The notes beneath the pieces are model-generated. The model made no database searches. It had not been told where the DNA came from and worked only from the letters and a program-made list of their open reading frames with translations. From contig JADHQL010000003.1 of assembly GCA_016777965.1 (NCBI GenBank), positions 5,596 to 69,595 on the forward strand: a DNA stretch of 64,000 nt. Direction: 5' to 3'. Shown here piece by piece: positions 50,706-61,265 of the stretch; positions within the stretch are counted from its first letter, which is position 1, and the number at the start of each line of letters is the position of its first letter. The position numbers and the translations under genes were made by a program. This DNA is from Fidelibacterota bacterium. GTDB lineage: Bacteria > Fidelibacterota > Marinisomatia > Marinisomatales > Marinisomataceae.

Positions 50706-51511
50706 TTTTTTACAATAAATATAAAAATTTTAGGATCGAAAATAACATCGATTTGCAAGATATTTCAAAGAGAACTAAAATTGATTTGAAGTATTTGCAA
50801 GCATTAGAAAGAGGTAAGTTTGCAGAAATTCCTCCAGTTTATGTCAAATTATTTTTCAAAGCATACATAAATGAAATCGGAATTGATATTAATGAGGCGT
50901 TGTTTGAGCTTGATAGTTTTTTAAACCAAAAGCCAAACAATAAAAAATTAAAATTTATAGCTGATGAACGAAATGTGAGTTCTAATTTTTTTAGCAAAAT
51001 TAATAATGAAAATTTATTCAATTCATACGTTTTCATTGGAATTGCATCCTTTTTTTTAATTCTACTTTTAAGTTTTTCTTTAAACTCAAATAGTCAAATT
51101 TCTCAAAAAGATCTTGAAGATGAATTAAGAATGACAAAATCTGATTTAATTGAATTTTATTCTTTGAGAAGTGAAGAAGTTCTTTCAATTGAGAGCATCT
51201 CTAATCCAGTCACAATAAGATTTAAATCAAATATTGAAAATTATATCCTTTTTTACGATAATTTTTCAGGAAAAGAATTTTTTATATTTGAGGATTCTCT
51301 TAATAATCAATCTAATACATTCACGGAACAATGGAATGGCCAAGATAGAGCATTCTTAATTGCAAATACAGTTGATTTCGAATTGATTTTATTTTCCGAT
51401 AATTCGTATGAAGATTTTTCAAAAAATATAATTAATGATTTTCCTGTTGAAGTAATCTTAAAGTCAGATCCTTACACAATTACTATTAAAAAATATTTAC
51501 CAAAAAATTAA
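50702..51511 (+). CDS. RodZ-like HTH membrane protein
   Basis: LQDISKRTKI..YLQALERGKF..YVKLF..Y, single TM, extracytoplasmic domain. Confidence 0.75.
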   Translation: MIFYNKYKNFRIENNIDLQDISKRTKIDLKYLQALERGKFAEIPPVYVKLFFKAYINEIGIDINEALFELDSFLNQKPNNKKLKFIADERNVSSNFFSKINNENLFNSYVFIGIASFFLILLLSFSLNSNSQISQKDLEDELRMTKSDLIEFYSLRSEEVLSIESISNPVTIRFKSNIENYILFYDNFSGKEFFIFEDSLNNQSNTFTEQWNGQDRAFLIANTVDFELILFSDNSYEDFSKNIINDFPVEVILKSDPYTITIKKYLPKN

Positions 51512-51545
51512 TTTTAATTTTTTTGCATTTAATCAACAATTTTTA

Positions 51546-51596
51546 TTGACATAAACTCGCTCTGTATTGTAACATATGTGGTTAATAGTGGGTTAA
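51546..51596 (+). promoter_or_regulatory. dcw promoter (TTGACA-18-TAACAT) with MraZ-box-like GTGG repeats
   Basis: Perfect TTGACA at 51546; GTGG at 51578 and 51588 (10-nt period). Confidence 0.65.
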
Positions 51597-51612
51597 TTTC
51601 CCTTATTTTGTT

Positions 51613-52071
51613 ATGAGTAGCCAATATACATTTACAGGACAGTTTACGTTTTCTATTGATCCTAAAAATAGAATCAATATCCCTGCTCCGTTGAGAAAAC
51701 AGTTTTCAACAAATGATAAGAAGACATTTGTTGTTACAAGAGGTATTGACCAATGCGCATGGATTTATCCTATTAGTGAATGGAATTTTATTCAAAATGA
51801 ACTAAAACAACTTTCTTCTTTATCAAAAACAAATCGAATTTTCTTAAGAAATCATCTAAGACATGCTAATATTTTAAAGTTTGACTCGCAAGGTAGATTT
51901 GTTTTGCCTCAAAGTTTAATTGATTATTCTGCAATAAAAAAAGATGTTACAATAATTGGCGTTTTAAATAAAATTGAAATTTGGAATCCTAATTTACTTC
52001 AAAAATTAGATCAATCTGATGAGATTGATGACCAGTCATACGAAGAACTTTCAGGAAGAGTAAATATCTGA
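51613..52071 (+). CDS. mraZ: transcriptional regulator MraZ
   Basis: IDPKNRINIP and FDSQGRFVLP repeats. Confidence 0.95.
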   Translation: MSSQYTFTGQFTFSIDPKNRINIPAPLRKQFSTNDKKTFVVTRGIDQCAWIYPISEWNFIQNELKQLSSLSKTNRIFLRNHLRHANILKFDSQGRFVLPQSLIDYSAIKKDVTIIGVLNKIEIWNPNLLQKLDQSDEIDDQSYEELSGRVNI

Positions 52072-52961
52072 TGGTTCCTATTTCATCGACTCAAAACAGA
52101 CATATTCCTGTGATGTTGATGGAGTCATTAGAAAACTTAAAAATCAAAAAAAATGGTGTTTACGTTGATGGGACACTTGGCCTTGGAGGTCATTCTGAAA
52201 TTATTCTTCAAAAAATTGACTCAGGTCTACTGATTGGTATTGATAGAGATAAAGATTCAATTTCTCAATCCGAAAAAAGGCTATCTTCAAACAATAATTT
52301 CAAGCTTTTTAATGATAGTTATCAAAACTTAAAAATCATACTTGAAGAACTTAAGATAAAAGCAGTTGATGGTATTCTTCTAGATTTAGGACTTTCCTCA
52401 TTTCAGTTGGAAAATAATATGAGGGGATTTTCACATAAATATGAATCTTCATTAGATATGCGATTTGATAAAAACTCTGATGATAATACTGCAGAGGATA
52501 TTATTCAAAGAAATGAGCTAGGAGAGCTAACTAGAATTTTTAAAGAATATGGCGAGGAAAGACATGCTTACAAGATTGCAAAAAAAATCAAAGATTTTAA
52601 AGGTGAAATTAGCGTACTGTCAGTCACATCCATCATTGATAAAGTCACTCCTTATAAATACAGGCTTAAAACATATTCAAGAATATTTCAAGCTTTAAGA
52701 ATAGCTGCTAATAATGAATTAGATCATTTAAGCAGATTTTTAGATGATTTTATTAATCTGCTAAACCCTGAAGGGAGAATAGTGATTATTAGTTATCACT
52801 CTGTTGAAGATAGGATTGTAAAACATAAACTTAAAGAGTTGAAGCATAAAAAAGAGATAGAATTGATTTATAAAAAACCTCTTATTCCTTCAAAAGAAGA
52901 AGTTGGCATTAATAAAAGATCACGAAGTGCAAAAATGAGAGTTGGAGAAAAAATTGGCTAA
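52071..52961 (+). CDS. rsmH: 16S rRNA m4C1402 methyltransferase
   Basis: HIPVM, DGTLGLGGHS, DLGLSS, FQALRI, RSRSAKMR. Confidence 0.97.
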   Translation: MVPISSTQNRHIPVMLMESLENLKIKKNGVYVDGTLGLGGHSEIILQKIDSGLLIGIDRDKDSISQSEKRLSSNNNFKLFNDSYQNLKIILEELKIKAVDGILLDLGLSSFQLENNMRGFSHKYESSLDMRFDKNSDDNTAEDIIQRNELGELTRIFKEYGEERHAYKIAKKIKDFKGEISVLSVTSIIDKVTPYKYRLKTYSRIFQALRIAANNELDHLSRFLDDFINLLNPEGRIVIISYHSVEDRIVKHKLKELKHKKEIELIYKKPLIPSKEEVGINKRSRSAKMRVGEKIG

Positions 52962-53259
52962 GAAAAAAAGATTAAGTAAAGCAGAAAAGCAAAAAAAAGA
53001 AAACTTAAAATGGGTTTTTATGTTTGTTATTCTTGTTTTAACAATTACTGTTTATTTAGCAGCATTTATTGAGTCAGATAAAACTCAAACAAGCATTGAT
53101 TTCAACAAAAAAACATTGGTAAAACTTAATGAGGATTTAACAATCAAAAGAAATTCTATAGAAAGAATGAAAAGGGCAGATATTATTTCAAAAAGAGCAA
53201 AAGAAATTGGATTGGTTTCAAGTAATCCAGAAGCAATTATCATAAAAATTAATGACTAA
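52942..53259 (+). CDS. ftsL: cell division protein FtsL-like
   Basis: Basic N-terminus, one TM, coiled coil, between rsmH and ftsI; start may be TTG 52954. Confidence 0.7.
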   Translation: MEKKLAKKKRLSKAEKQKKENLKWVFMFVILVLTITVYLAAFIESDKTQTSIDFNKKTLVKLNEDLTIKRNSIERMKRADIISKRAKEIGLVSSNPEAIIIKIND

Positions 53260-55168
53260 AAACTATATCAAATTTAAAAATAGAATAATATTTGTTCATA
53301 TAGCAATAATGCTTATTTGGATTGGTTTTGGTGTTAGACTTTTCAATATTCAGATCATTAATAGACTTAATACCCCACAAGGAATTAAGGTTGAATCTAT
53401 CAATGGATTAAGAGGAAATTTTTACGATGTTAATGGTAAAAACCTTACACAAAATTTGACTTTTTATAGAATAGGTGTGCATACTAAAAAGATTTCAAAT
53501 ACGGAAAGCTTAATTAATGAATTATCATCTTGTACTGGTACCGATAAAGAAGTTTATATTGCAAAAATAAATAGTGGACGGGATTATGTTGAGCTTGAAA
53601 AGAAAACAAATAAAAATTGTCAACAGCTTCAAAAGAAATACCCAAATGCATTAATTGTTAAAAAAAGTTTTAAGCGATATTACCCTGAAGATAATTTAGT
53701 ATCTCAAATAGTTGGTTTTACAAATATTGACGATAAAGGAATTTCGGGCTTAGAAGCAAAGTATAATAAATTTTTAGAGCCAGTAAGCGGATCTAAGTTG
53801 TCAAAGCGCAACGGTTTAGGAGTCAGAATTTCAGATCCAACTTTACCAACTGAAGAAGCCAAAAATGGTGCTGATATAGTTTTAACAATTAATAAAGAGT
53901 ATCAGGCAATTTTAAGAGATGAATTAATTCTTCAAATGGAAAAAGTAGGTGCTAAAGCATCAATGGGATTAATTCTAAATCCTCAAACAGGTGCAATATT
54001 ATCAATGGTAAATCTTCCAGATTATAACCCAAACACTCCAAACGATTTTGATATTGAATTACAAAAAAATAAGATTGTTACTGATTTAATTGAGCCTGGA
54101 TCTACATTTAAAATTGTAACAATGGCTGCAGCATTAGAGAGTGGTATATCCTTGAATGATGAGTATAATGTTGAAGGTCCCTATAATTTTCATAATATAA
54201 AAATGATTGAAGATTCTGAGCCTCATTCTGTATTGAATGTTAAGGAAATACTAGCATTTTCAAGCAACATAGGAACCATCAAAATTGCAGAACATTTAGG
54301 TAAGAAAAGTATTTATGATCAGGCAAGAGAATTTGGATTTGGATCAAAAACTGGTTTTGATTCTTCAACCGAACCTGATGGAATTTTTAGAGAGCCTTCA
54401 AAATGGAGTTTATCCTCAATGCACAGTATACCTATCGGTTATGAGGTTTCAGCAACTCCATTACAAATTGCTATGTCATATGCTGCAATTGCGAATGGTG
54501 GGTTTATGTTGAAACCTTATGTAGTAGAAAAAATTGAGAAACACGATGATACTATTATTGAGAATCAAAGAAATACAAAAAAAAGAGTTCTTTCTCAATC
54601 AAATGCTGAAAAATTAAGTTTAATGTTATCTCATACTGTTGAAAATGGAAGTGGAAAGCTTGCTAAAGTAGCTGGTTGGAATGTTGCTGGAAAAACTGGT
54701 ACATCTAAAAAATTGATAGATGGACAATATTCAGAAGAAGAATTTATATCAAGTTTTATAGGATTTTTTCCTTTAGAAAATCCTCAATTATTGTGTTTAA
54801 TTATTCTTGATAGCCCTGATGCCTCGAGAAATTTGCACTGGGGCTCTATGTCCTCGGCTCCAGTATTTAAATCTGTAATGGATAGAGTAATAAATATTGA
54901 TAAATCAATCACAATTTTAAGATCTAAGAAAGAAAAACTTAAAAATGAACCAATCTTAATTCAGAAAAACCTAGAAAGAAAAATGGAATATGTAGAAATG
55001 CCAAACTTAATTGGCAAAACAGTTCGTGATGCATTTTCAGAATTAAATAGAGCTGGAATTAAACCCCAAATTAGTGGAAGAGGATTAATTGTTAGTCAAA
55101 GTATAGAGGCTGGCACAAAAATAGAAAAAAAATCAATCTGTATATTAAAAGCAGAGTTAAAAGAGTAA
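53252..55168 (+). CDS. ftsI: class B PBP FtsI with C-terminal PASTA
   Basis: EPGSTFK, SSN, KTGT, PASTA. Confidence 0.93.
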   Translation: MTKNYIKFKNRIIFVHIAIMLIWIGFGVRLFNIQIINRLNTPQGIKVESINGLRGNFYDVNGKNLTQNLTFYRIGVHTKKISNTESLINELSSCTGTDKEVYIAKINSGRDYVELEKKTNKNCQQLQKKYPNALIVKKSFKRYYPEDNLVSQIVGFTNIDDKGISGLEAKYNKFLEPVSGSKLSKRNGLGVRISDPTLPTEEAKNGADIVLTINKEYQAILRDELILQMEKVGAKASMGLILNPQTGAILSMVNLPDYNPNTPNDFDIELQKNKIVTDLIEPGSTFKIVTMAAALESGISLNDEYNVEGPYNFHNIKMIEDSEPHSVLNVKEILAFSSNIGTIKIAEHLGKKSIYDQAREFGFGSKTGFDSSTEPDGIFREPSKWSLSSMHSIPIGYEVSATPLQIAMSYAAIANGGFMLKPYVVEKIEKHDDTIIENQRNTKKRVLSQSNAEKLSLMLSHTVENGSGKLAKVAGWNVAGKTGTSKKLIDGQYSEEEFISSFIGFFPLENPQLLCLIILDSPDASRNLHWGSMSSAPVFKSVMDRVINIDKSITILRSKKEKLKNEPILIQKNLERKMEYVEMPNLIGKTVRDAFSELNRAGIKPQISGRGLIVSQSIEAGTKIEKKSICILKAELKE

Positions 55169-55178
55169 GGAGATAGTT

Positions 55179-56369
55179 ATGTTATTTGAATTTGATGAAT
55201 TTTCAACGCAAAAAGCTAGGATTAAGATCCTAGGAGTTGGTGGAGCAGGAGGTAATGCAATAAATAGAATGATTACATCTGGTATGGAAGGTGTTGAGTT
55301 TATTGCAATCAATACAGATGCACAAGATTTAGATAGCAATCCTGCTGAAACTAAAATTCAAATTGGAAAAGATTTAACAAAAGGATTGGGCGCTGGAGCA
55401 AAACCTGAAATTGGAAGAAAAGCAATAATGCATGATAAGGAGGCTGTTTCATCAATTGTTGCTGGATCAGACCTTGTATTTGTTACTGCAGGAATGGGTG
55501 GTGGAACAGGTACTGGAGCAGCTCCAGTCGTAGCAAAAATTTGTAAAGAACTTGGTATATTGACTGTATGTATCGTTACTCTACCATTTAATTTTGAAGG
55601 ACCCAAAAAAATGTCAGCTGCTATGAAAGGTATTTCAACAATGAGGAACTTTTGCGATACATTGATTGTAATACCAAATGAAAAACTACTTTCCGTGATT
55701 GATTATAATACTACCTTAGAAGAAGGATTTGCAGAATCAGATTCAGTGCTATTACAAGCTGCGCAAAGCATTTCAGACCTCATTAACAAGCAGGGAAATG
55801 TTAATATTGATTTTGCTGATGTAGAAACCGTAATGAGTGGAATGGGAGATGCTGTAATGGGAACTGGTACTGCAAGGGGTGAAGAGAGAGCTGTTTTAGC
55901 TGCACAACAGGCAATTTGTAGTCCACTTTTAGATAATCAGTCAATTAAGGGCGCAAAAGCAGCTTTAGTAAATGTTACTGGAAATAAAAAAATGACCATG
56001 CGTGAAGTTGATGCAGCAACAAAGCTTATTTTCGAAGAAGCAGGTCAAGAAGTACATTTAATTTTCGGATGTGTTGTCGATGAAAATATGGATGATGAAT
56101 TAAAAGTTACTGTGATTGCTACAGGATTTAATCGAACCCCAATTGAAGATTTTGAATATAAAAAAGAAATTCAAAAAAATGAATTTCACAAAAATACTAA
56201 CGACTTAATGGAAACTTCTAATACAACATTATATAATCAAAAAAATGAAAACTCATTAAATGATGAAAATTTTGATTATGAAAATGATGGCCCAACTTTA
56301 GTCTTTGATGATTTTGATCAAAGTGCTGATTTAGATGTTCCAGCTTACATAAGAAAACAAAATAGATGA
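55179..56369 (+). CDS. ftsZ: cell division protein FtsZ
   Basis: GVGGAGGNA, GGGTGTG, NIDFAD, C-terminal DVPAYIR; AAGGAG RBS. Confidence 0.98.
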   Translation: MLFEFDEFSTQKARIKILGVGGAGGNAINRMITSGMEGVEFIAINTDAQDLDSNPAETKIQIGKDLTKGLGAGAKPEIGRKAIMHDKEAVSSIVAGSDLVFVTAGMGGGTGTGAAPVVAKICKELGILTVCIVTLPFNFEGPKKMSAAMKGISTMRNFCDTLIVIPNEKLLSVIDYNTTLEEGFAESDSVLLQAAQSISDLINKQGNVNIDFADVETVMSGMGDAVMGTGTARGEERAVLAAQQAICSPLLDNQSIKGAKAALVNVTGNKKMTMREVDAATKLIFEEAGQEVHLIFGCVVDENMDDELKVTVIATGFNRTPIEDFEYKKEIQKNEFHKNTNDLMETSNTTLYNQKNENSLNDENFDYENDGPTLVFDDFDQSADLDVPAYIRKQNR

Positions 56370-57700
56370 AGTTTGAGGAAAAAAATATAGGAATTTTAGG
56401 ATTAGGTAAAAGCGGATATTGGTCTGCTAAATTAGCTAAAAGTTTGAAAAATAATGTTTTTGTATCTGATTCAAATACAAACGTTAATGAAATTTATATT
56501 GATGATTTAAAAACGTTAGGTATTGATGTAGAAATCGGCATTCATTCAAATCAAATTTTGGAATCTGATTTAATAATTAAGTCACCTGGAATTCCTAATG
56601 ATTCAGATATAATGAATAAAATAAATTCTGAAAAAATTCCGGTTATTAGTGAAATAGAATTTGCCGGAAACCATTCTAAAACAAAAAATATTTGTATTAC
56701 TGGTACAAATGGCAAAACAACTACAGTTTCGCTCGTAACAGAAATGCTCAGTAAAGAAATGAACGTTCTAAAGTCTGGAAATATTGGTATTCCATTTTCA
56801 AAAATTGTTCTTGAGAACAAATTGTACAATCAAAATGATATTGATTATTGTATTTTAGAATTATCCAGTTTTCAACTTGAACATTGCTCAAAACTTAAAA
56901 AAGAAATTTCAGTCATTTTAAATATATCATCAGATCATATGGATAGATACGACTCTTTTGAAGATTACTTTGAAACTAAGATAAAGATTTTTGATAATGC
57001 AAAATATTGTTTATTTAATTATGATGATAATTTTTTAAATGAAAGAATTAAATGTAATGATAAAAATATAATTCCATTTTCTATCAGAAAAGAACAAGGA
57101 TATTATTACTATGATAGAAATAAAATTCTTTCAAATGGAAACAGCATATCAATCGATGTAGATGATATTTCATTAAAGGGTATTCATAATATATCAAACA
57201 TTATTATTGCTGCCGAAATAGCAAGAATTGTTGGAATTGATCAAGAAAATATTCGAAAGGCTGTTTGGGAATTTGAAGGATTGGAACATAGATTTGAACA
57301 CTTTATTTCATATAATGGAATTGATTTTATTAATGATTCAAAATCAACAAATATTGATTCAGCAAAAAAAGCACTTGAATCTATTTCAAAGAATGTAGTC
57401 TTAATACTAGGGGGTATTCCAAAAGAAGATGACTTTAGCGATATATCATATTTTAAAAAGAGTATTTTAAAAATTGTAGTTTATGGTGAAGCTTCACATA
57501 TAATTTATAATTCCCTTCCAAAAGATATCAGCGTTGAAAGAATCGAAAAATTTGAGGATGCGGTTCAGGTTGCAATAGACAGTGCTACAGAAAATAGTGT
57601 TGTATTGCTCTCGCCAGCTTGTTCAAGTTTTGATCAATTTGATAATTATAAAGAAAGAGGTAAAAAATTTAAAAGTATTGTAGAAAGGTTTTATGCATGA
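56366..57700 (+). CDS. murD: UDP-MurNAc-L-Ala:D-Glu ligase
   Basis: GTNGKTT, ELSSFQL, DHMDRY, NDSKSTN, LLSPACSSFDQF. Confidence 0.97.
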   Translation: MKFEEKNIGILGLGKSGYWSAKLAKSLKNNVFVSDSNTNVNEIYIDDLKTLGIDVEIGIHSNQILESDLIIKSPGIPNDSDIMNKINSEKIPVISEIEFAGNHSKTKNICITGTNGKTTTVSLVTEMLSKEMNVLKSGNIGIPFSKIVLENKLYNQNDIDYCILELSSFQLEHCSKLKKEISVILNISSDHMDRYDSFEDYFETKIKIFDNAKYCLFNYDDNFLNERIKCNDKNIIPFSIRKEQGYYYYDRNKILSNGNSISIDVDDISLKGIHNISNIIIAAEIARIVGIDQENIRKAVWEFEGLEHRFEHFISYNGIDFINDSKSTNIDSAKKALESISKNVVLILGGIPKEDDFSDISYFKKSILKIVVYGEASHIIYNSLPKDISVERIEKFEDAVQVAIDSATENSVVLLSPACSSFDQFDNYKERGKKFKSIVERFYA

Positions 57701-58833
57701 ATATTAAAGAGCAAGGTCAAGACAGAGTATTATTTATAGCAGTTATTTCATTGATATCTTTTGGGTTATTTATGCTATTTAGTGCAAGCTGGGTTAAGTC
57801 ACTAGAAATTACTGGAGGAGATTCAAGAACATACTTTTTAGTTAGTCAGATGGTTAAACTTATTCCAGCTTTTTTTATCTTCGTTTTATTAACAAAAATT
57901 AATTATAGAAAATTACAGTTTTTATCTCCTTATCTATTATTTACTTCATTTCTTTTACTTGTATATACACAGTTTCAAGGCTGTTCGGGTGATTCTTGTA
58001 GATGGCTTTCAATTGGTCCTATTTCTTTTCAAACATCTGATGTAGCAAGATTTTCTATGATACTTTTTTTAGCTAGTTATATTGATAATAACCATAAGCA
58101 AATGAAGCAATTTGTTAGAGGTATTTTTTATCCAATGATAGCAATAATACCAGTGGCTTTAATGATTATTATTCAGCCAGATAATTCTACAACTTTAATT
58201 TTATTAACTATTGCTTTTGCAATGTTATTTGTTGGTGGAGCCTCTTTCATTCAATTGGCAACAATAGGAGTTTTTTCTGTAGGAACCATCGGAATTTTTA
58301 TTTTAAATGAGAAAAACTATGCATTAGGTAGAATTCTATCTTTCATAGATTCTTCAGGTTCATCTGCTTCGATTGGATATCAATCTAATCAGGCTTTGAT
58401 TGGCCTTAAGCAGGGAGGATTTTCAGGAATGGGTATTGGAGAAAGCATACAAAAATATTCTTACTTACCTGAAACTCACACAGACTTTATTTTTGCGATT
58501 ATTGGTGAAGAATTGGGTTTCATTGCTGGAAGTATTTTAATGTTAGTTTATTACATTATTTTTTATAGAGCTGTGCAAATCTCCAAAAAATCAAATGATA
58601 TTTTTGGAATAATGTTGTCCATTGGTTTTGGTTTGAGTATAACTATTTATGCTTTTATAAATATTGGAGTTGTAATAGGAGTTATTCCAGTTACAGGAAT
58701 TCCTTTACCATTTATTAGTTATGGAGGATCGTCATTAATTATCAATTTAATGATGATTGCTATATTGCTAAATATTAGTAAAGCACAAAGAAAGCTTAAT
58801 GTTAAAAGATGGAGATTAAGAGTAAATGCCTAA
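57697..58833 (+). CDS. ftsW: SEDS peptidoglycan polymerase FtsW
   Basis: RW..FQ, QPD, LPETHTDFIF, LPFISYGGSS. Confidence 0.95.
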   Translation: MNIKEQGQDRVLFIAVISLISFGLFMLFSASWVKSLEITGGDSRTYFLVSQMVKLIPAFFIFVLLTKINYRKLQFLSPYLLFTSFLLLVYTQFQGCSGDSCRWLSIGPISFQTSDVARFSMILFLASYIDNNHKQMKQFVRGIFYPMIAIIPVALMIIIQPDNSTTLILLTIAFAMLFVGGASFIQLATIGVFSVGTIGIFILNEKNYALGRILSFIDSSGSSASIGYQSNQALIGLKQGGFSGMGIGESIQKYSYLPETHTDFIFAIIGEELGFIAGSILMLVYYIIFYRAVQISKKSNDIFGIMLSIGFGLSITIYAFINIGVVIGVIPVTGIPLPFISYGGSSLIINLMMIAILLNISKAQRKLNVKRWRLRVNA

Positions 58834-59908
58834 AATGAATATTCTATTGTGTGGAGGAGGAACAGGAGGACATTATTATCCATTAATGGCTATAAAAGAA
58901 GATCTTCATTCAAAGTCTGATTTTTGTTTTTCTTTTATTGGAGCAAAAAAGGGAATTGAAAGCTCAAAGATTCATAGTGAAAGCATTCCTTTTAAGCTTA
59001 TTAGTATTTCTGGTTTAAATAGAAAAGTTTCCATTAAATCATTATTTGAAAATATTATAGTTGGAATAAACATTATCATAGGATTTTTTCATGTATTAAT
59101 ATTTTTTACTAAACAAAAACCTAATTTGGTTATTTCCACTGGAGGATATCCATCCTTTCTACCATTACAAGTTGCAAGAATACTTAAAGTTCCTTACGTG
59201 CTACATGAACAAAATTCTTATCCAGGAGTTGTGACAAAATTTTTTAGTAAAAATGCAAAAGCAGTTTTTTTAGGATTCAAAGATGCTGAAAAATATTTAA
59301 ATAAAACAAATACTATTTTTTCAGGAAATCCAGTTCTTTTACATGAAAGTAAAAGCATAAATATAAATATGAATAATGATTTAAGGACTTTATTGGTTTT
59401 TGGTGGTAGTCAAGGATCTCAATTTTTGAACCAAAAAATTAAGATAGCATTGGAAAATGATAAATTAGATTTTATTAACGTTATATGGATAGTTGGTAAA
59501 AATAATTATGAGTCTCTAAAACATTTAAAAAGAAAAAATATAATCATCTATGATTACTGTAATGAAATGTCCTCTTTGTATCAAAATGTTGACTTGGTAC
59601 TATCAAGATCTGGTGCGATGACAATTGCTGAATTAATAAAATTTGAAAAGCCTTCAATATTAGTTCCATTTAAATTTTCATCAGAAAATCATCAGCATTT
59701 TAATGCAAAATTCCTTCAAGATAATTTTTGTTCAAAATTAATTGAAGAAGATGATTTCAATGATGAGACTTTTGTATCAACTTTAAAAAATTTATCTAAA
59801 GATGATAGAATTTTAGATTCAATGAAAACCAATTTTAAGAATGTTAATATTCCAGATACTTTGTCAATAATTTCTAGCTTTATTATGGAAAAGAAATATG
59901 CTTTATAG
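58826..59908 (+). CDS. murG: MurG GlcNAc transferase
   Basis: GGGTGGH, HEQN, GGSQG, RSGAMT, HQ..NA. Confidence 0.96.
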   Translation: MPKMNILLCGGGTGGHYYPLMAIKEDLHSKSDFCFSFIGAKKGIESSKIHSESIPFKLISISGLNRKVSIKSLFENIIVGINIIIGFFHVLIFFTKQKPNLVISTGGYPSFLPLQVARILKVPYVLHEQNSYPGVVTKFFSKNAKAVFLGFKDAEKYLNKTNTIFSGNPVLLHESKSININMNNDLRTLLVFGGSQGSQFLNQKIKIALENDKLDFINVIWIVGKNNYESLKHLKRKNIIIYDYCNEMSSLYQNVDLVLSRSGAMTIAELIKFEKPSILVPFKFSSENHQHFNAKFLQDNFCSKLIEEDDFNDETFVSTLKNLSKDDRILDSMKTNFKNVNIPDTLSIISSFIMEKKYAL

Positions 59909-61265
59909 TATCAAAAAAGTACATCTTATTGGAATAGGTGGAATTGGAATGAGCGGAATAGCAGAGTTGCTAAAAAATAAAGAATTTGAGGTTTCTGGTT
60001 CTGATATTAATGATTCACCAAACGTTCAGAGATTAATTGATTTGGGAATAAATGTATTTATTGGTCATAATAAAGAAAATATTTCTGATGCTGATCTAGT
60101 AATATACTCTGATGCTATCCCAAAAGATAATGCTGAGCTGAAAGAAGCATTAGCAAAAAATATAATAGTTTATTCCAGAGCAAGAATGCTTTCAGAAATA
60201 GCTAAGTTAAATAATTCTACAGTTGCTATTGCTGGAACTCATGGAAAAACCACTACAACATCAATGGTTGGCACTATTTTAAAAGCTATGAATTTAGATC
60301 CTACAATTATTGTTGGCGGGGTTGTTAAGTCTTTAGAATCTAATTCCGTTTTAGGAGGAGGTGACACATTTGTTGTTGAAGCTGATGAGTATAATAAAAG
60401 CTTGCTACATTTGAGTCCAACAATTGCAGTTATTAACAATATTGATTTTGAACATATTGAATGCTACAATGATATTGATGATTTAAAGGATACATTTCTT
60501 CAATTTGCAAATTCAGTACCTTTCTACGGTACTGTTTGTGTATGTAAAGATTCTAAGAATGTTGCATCAATATTGTCAAAAATAGATAAACCTATAATCA
60601 CTTATGGAATCGAAAGTCAAAATGTAGATATTAAGGCAGAAAATTTGCATCATGAAAACGGTAATATTTCTTTTGATGTAAAAGTTAAGAATCAAATATT
60701 TTCAGTTAATCTTTCTGTACCGGGTAAATACAATGTTTATAATGCTCTTGCAGCACTTTCAGTTTGTGAAACAATGGGAATTAGCTTAGAAAGCGCATGT
60801 AAAGCACTTAATAATTTTAGTGGTGTTAAGCGAAGGTTTGATATAAAGGCAAACAAAGATATAATGATTATTGATGACTATGCACATCATCCTGTTGAAG
60901 TTCAAAATGTGATAGAAACTGTAAAAAGCAATTGGAATAAAAATTTAAATGTCATATTTCAGCCACATCTTTTTTCAAGAACAAAAGAATTTTATAAGGA
61001 TTTTGCAAAAGCTTTAATGATAGCAGATAATGTTATGATTACTGAGATATTTGCATCAAGAGAAAAAGAGGATAATTCTACTACTTCAAACTTGATAGTT
61101 AATGAAATGTTAAAATTAAAACATAAGAGCGTTTCATATGTTTCCTCAAAAGATATTGTTGAGGAAGTAAAATCTGTTGCAGAAAAGGGAGATATTTTTT
61201 TAACAATGGGAGCTGGAAATATTTGGAGATATGCTGAAGAGTTAGGAAAACATTACAATGATTGA
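59898..61265 (+). CDS. murC: UDP-MurNAc:L-Ala ligase
   Basis: GIGGIGMSG, GTHGKTTT, EADE, DDYAHHP, FQPH. Confidence 0.97.
   Translation: MLYSIKKVHLIGIGGIGMSGIAELLKNKEFEVSGSDINDSPNVQRLIDLGINVFIGHNKENISDADLVIYSDAIPKDNAELKEALAKNIIVYSRARMLSEIAKLNNSTVAIAGTHGKTTTTSMVGTILKAMNLDPTIIVGGVVKSLESNSVLGGGDTFVVEADEYNKSLLHLSPTIAVINNIDFEHIECYNDIDDLKDTFLQFANSVPFYGTVCVCKDSKNVASILSKIDKPIITYGIESQNVDIKAENLHHENGNISFDVKVKNQIFSVNLSVPGKYNVYNALAALSVCETMGISLESACKALNNFSGVKRRFDIKANKDIMIIDDYAHHPVEVQNVIETVKSNWNKNLNVIFQPHLFSRTKEFYKDFAKALMIADNVMITEIFASREKEDNSTTSNLIVNEMLKLKHKSVSYVSSKDIVEEVKSVAEKGDIFLTMGAGNIWRYAEELGKHYND

Noticed and set aside
51501-51525. Inverted repeat AAAAAATTAA-TT-TTAATTTTTT after the rodZ-like gene as a terminator
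   Set aside because: Almost entirely A/T and too weak; expected by chance at this composition
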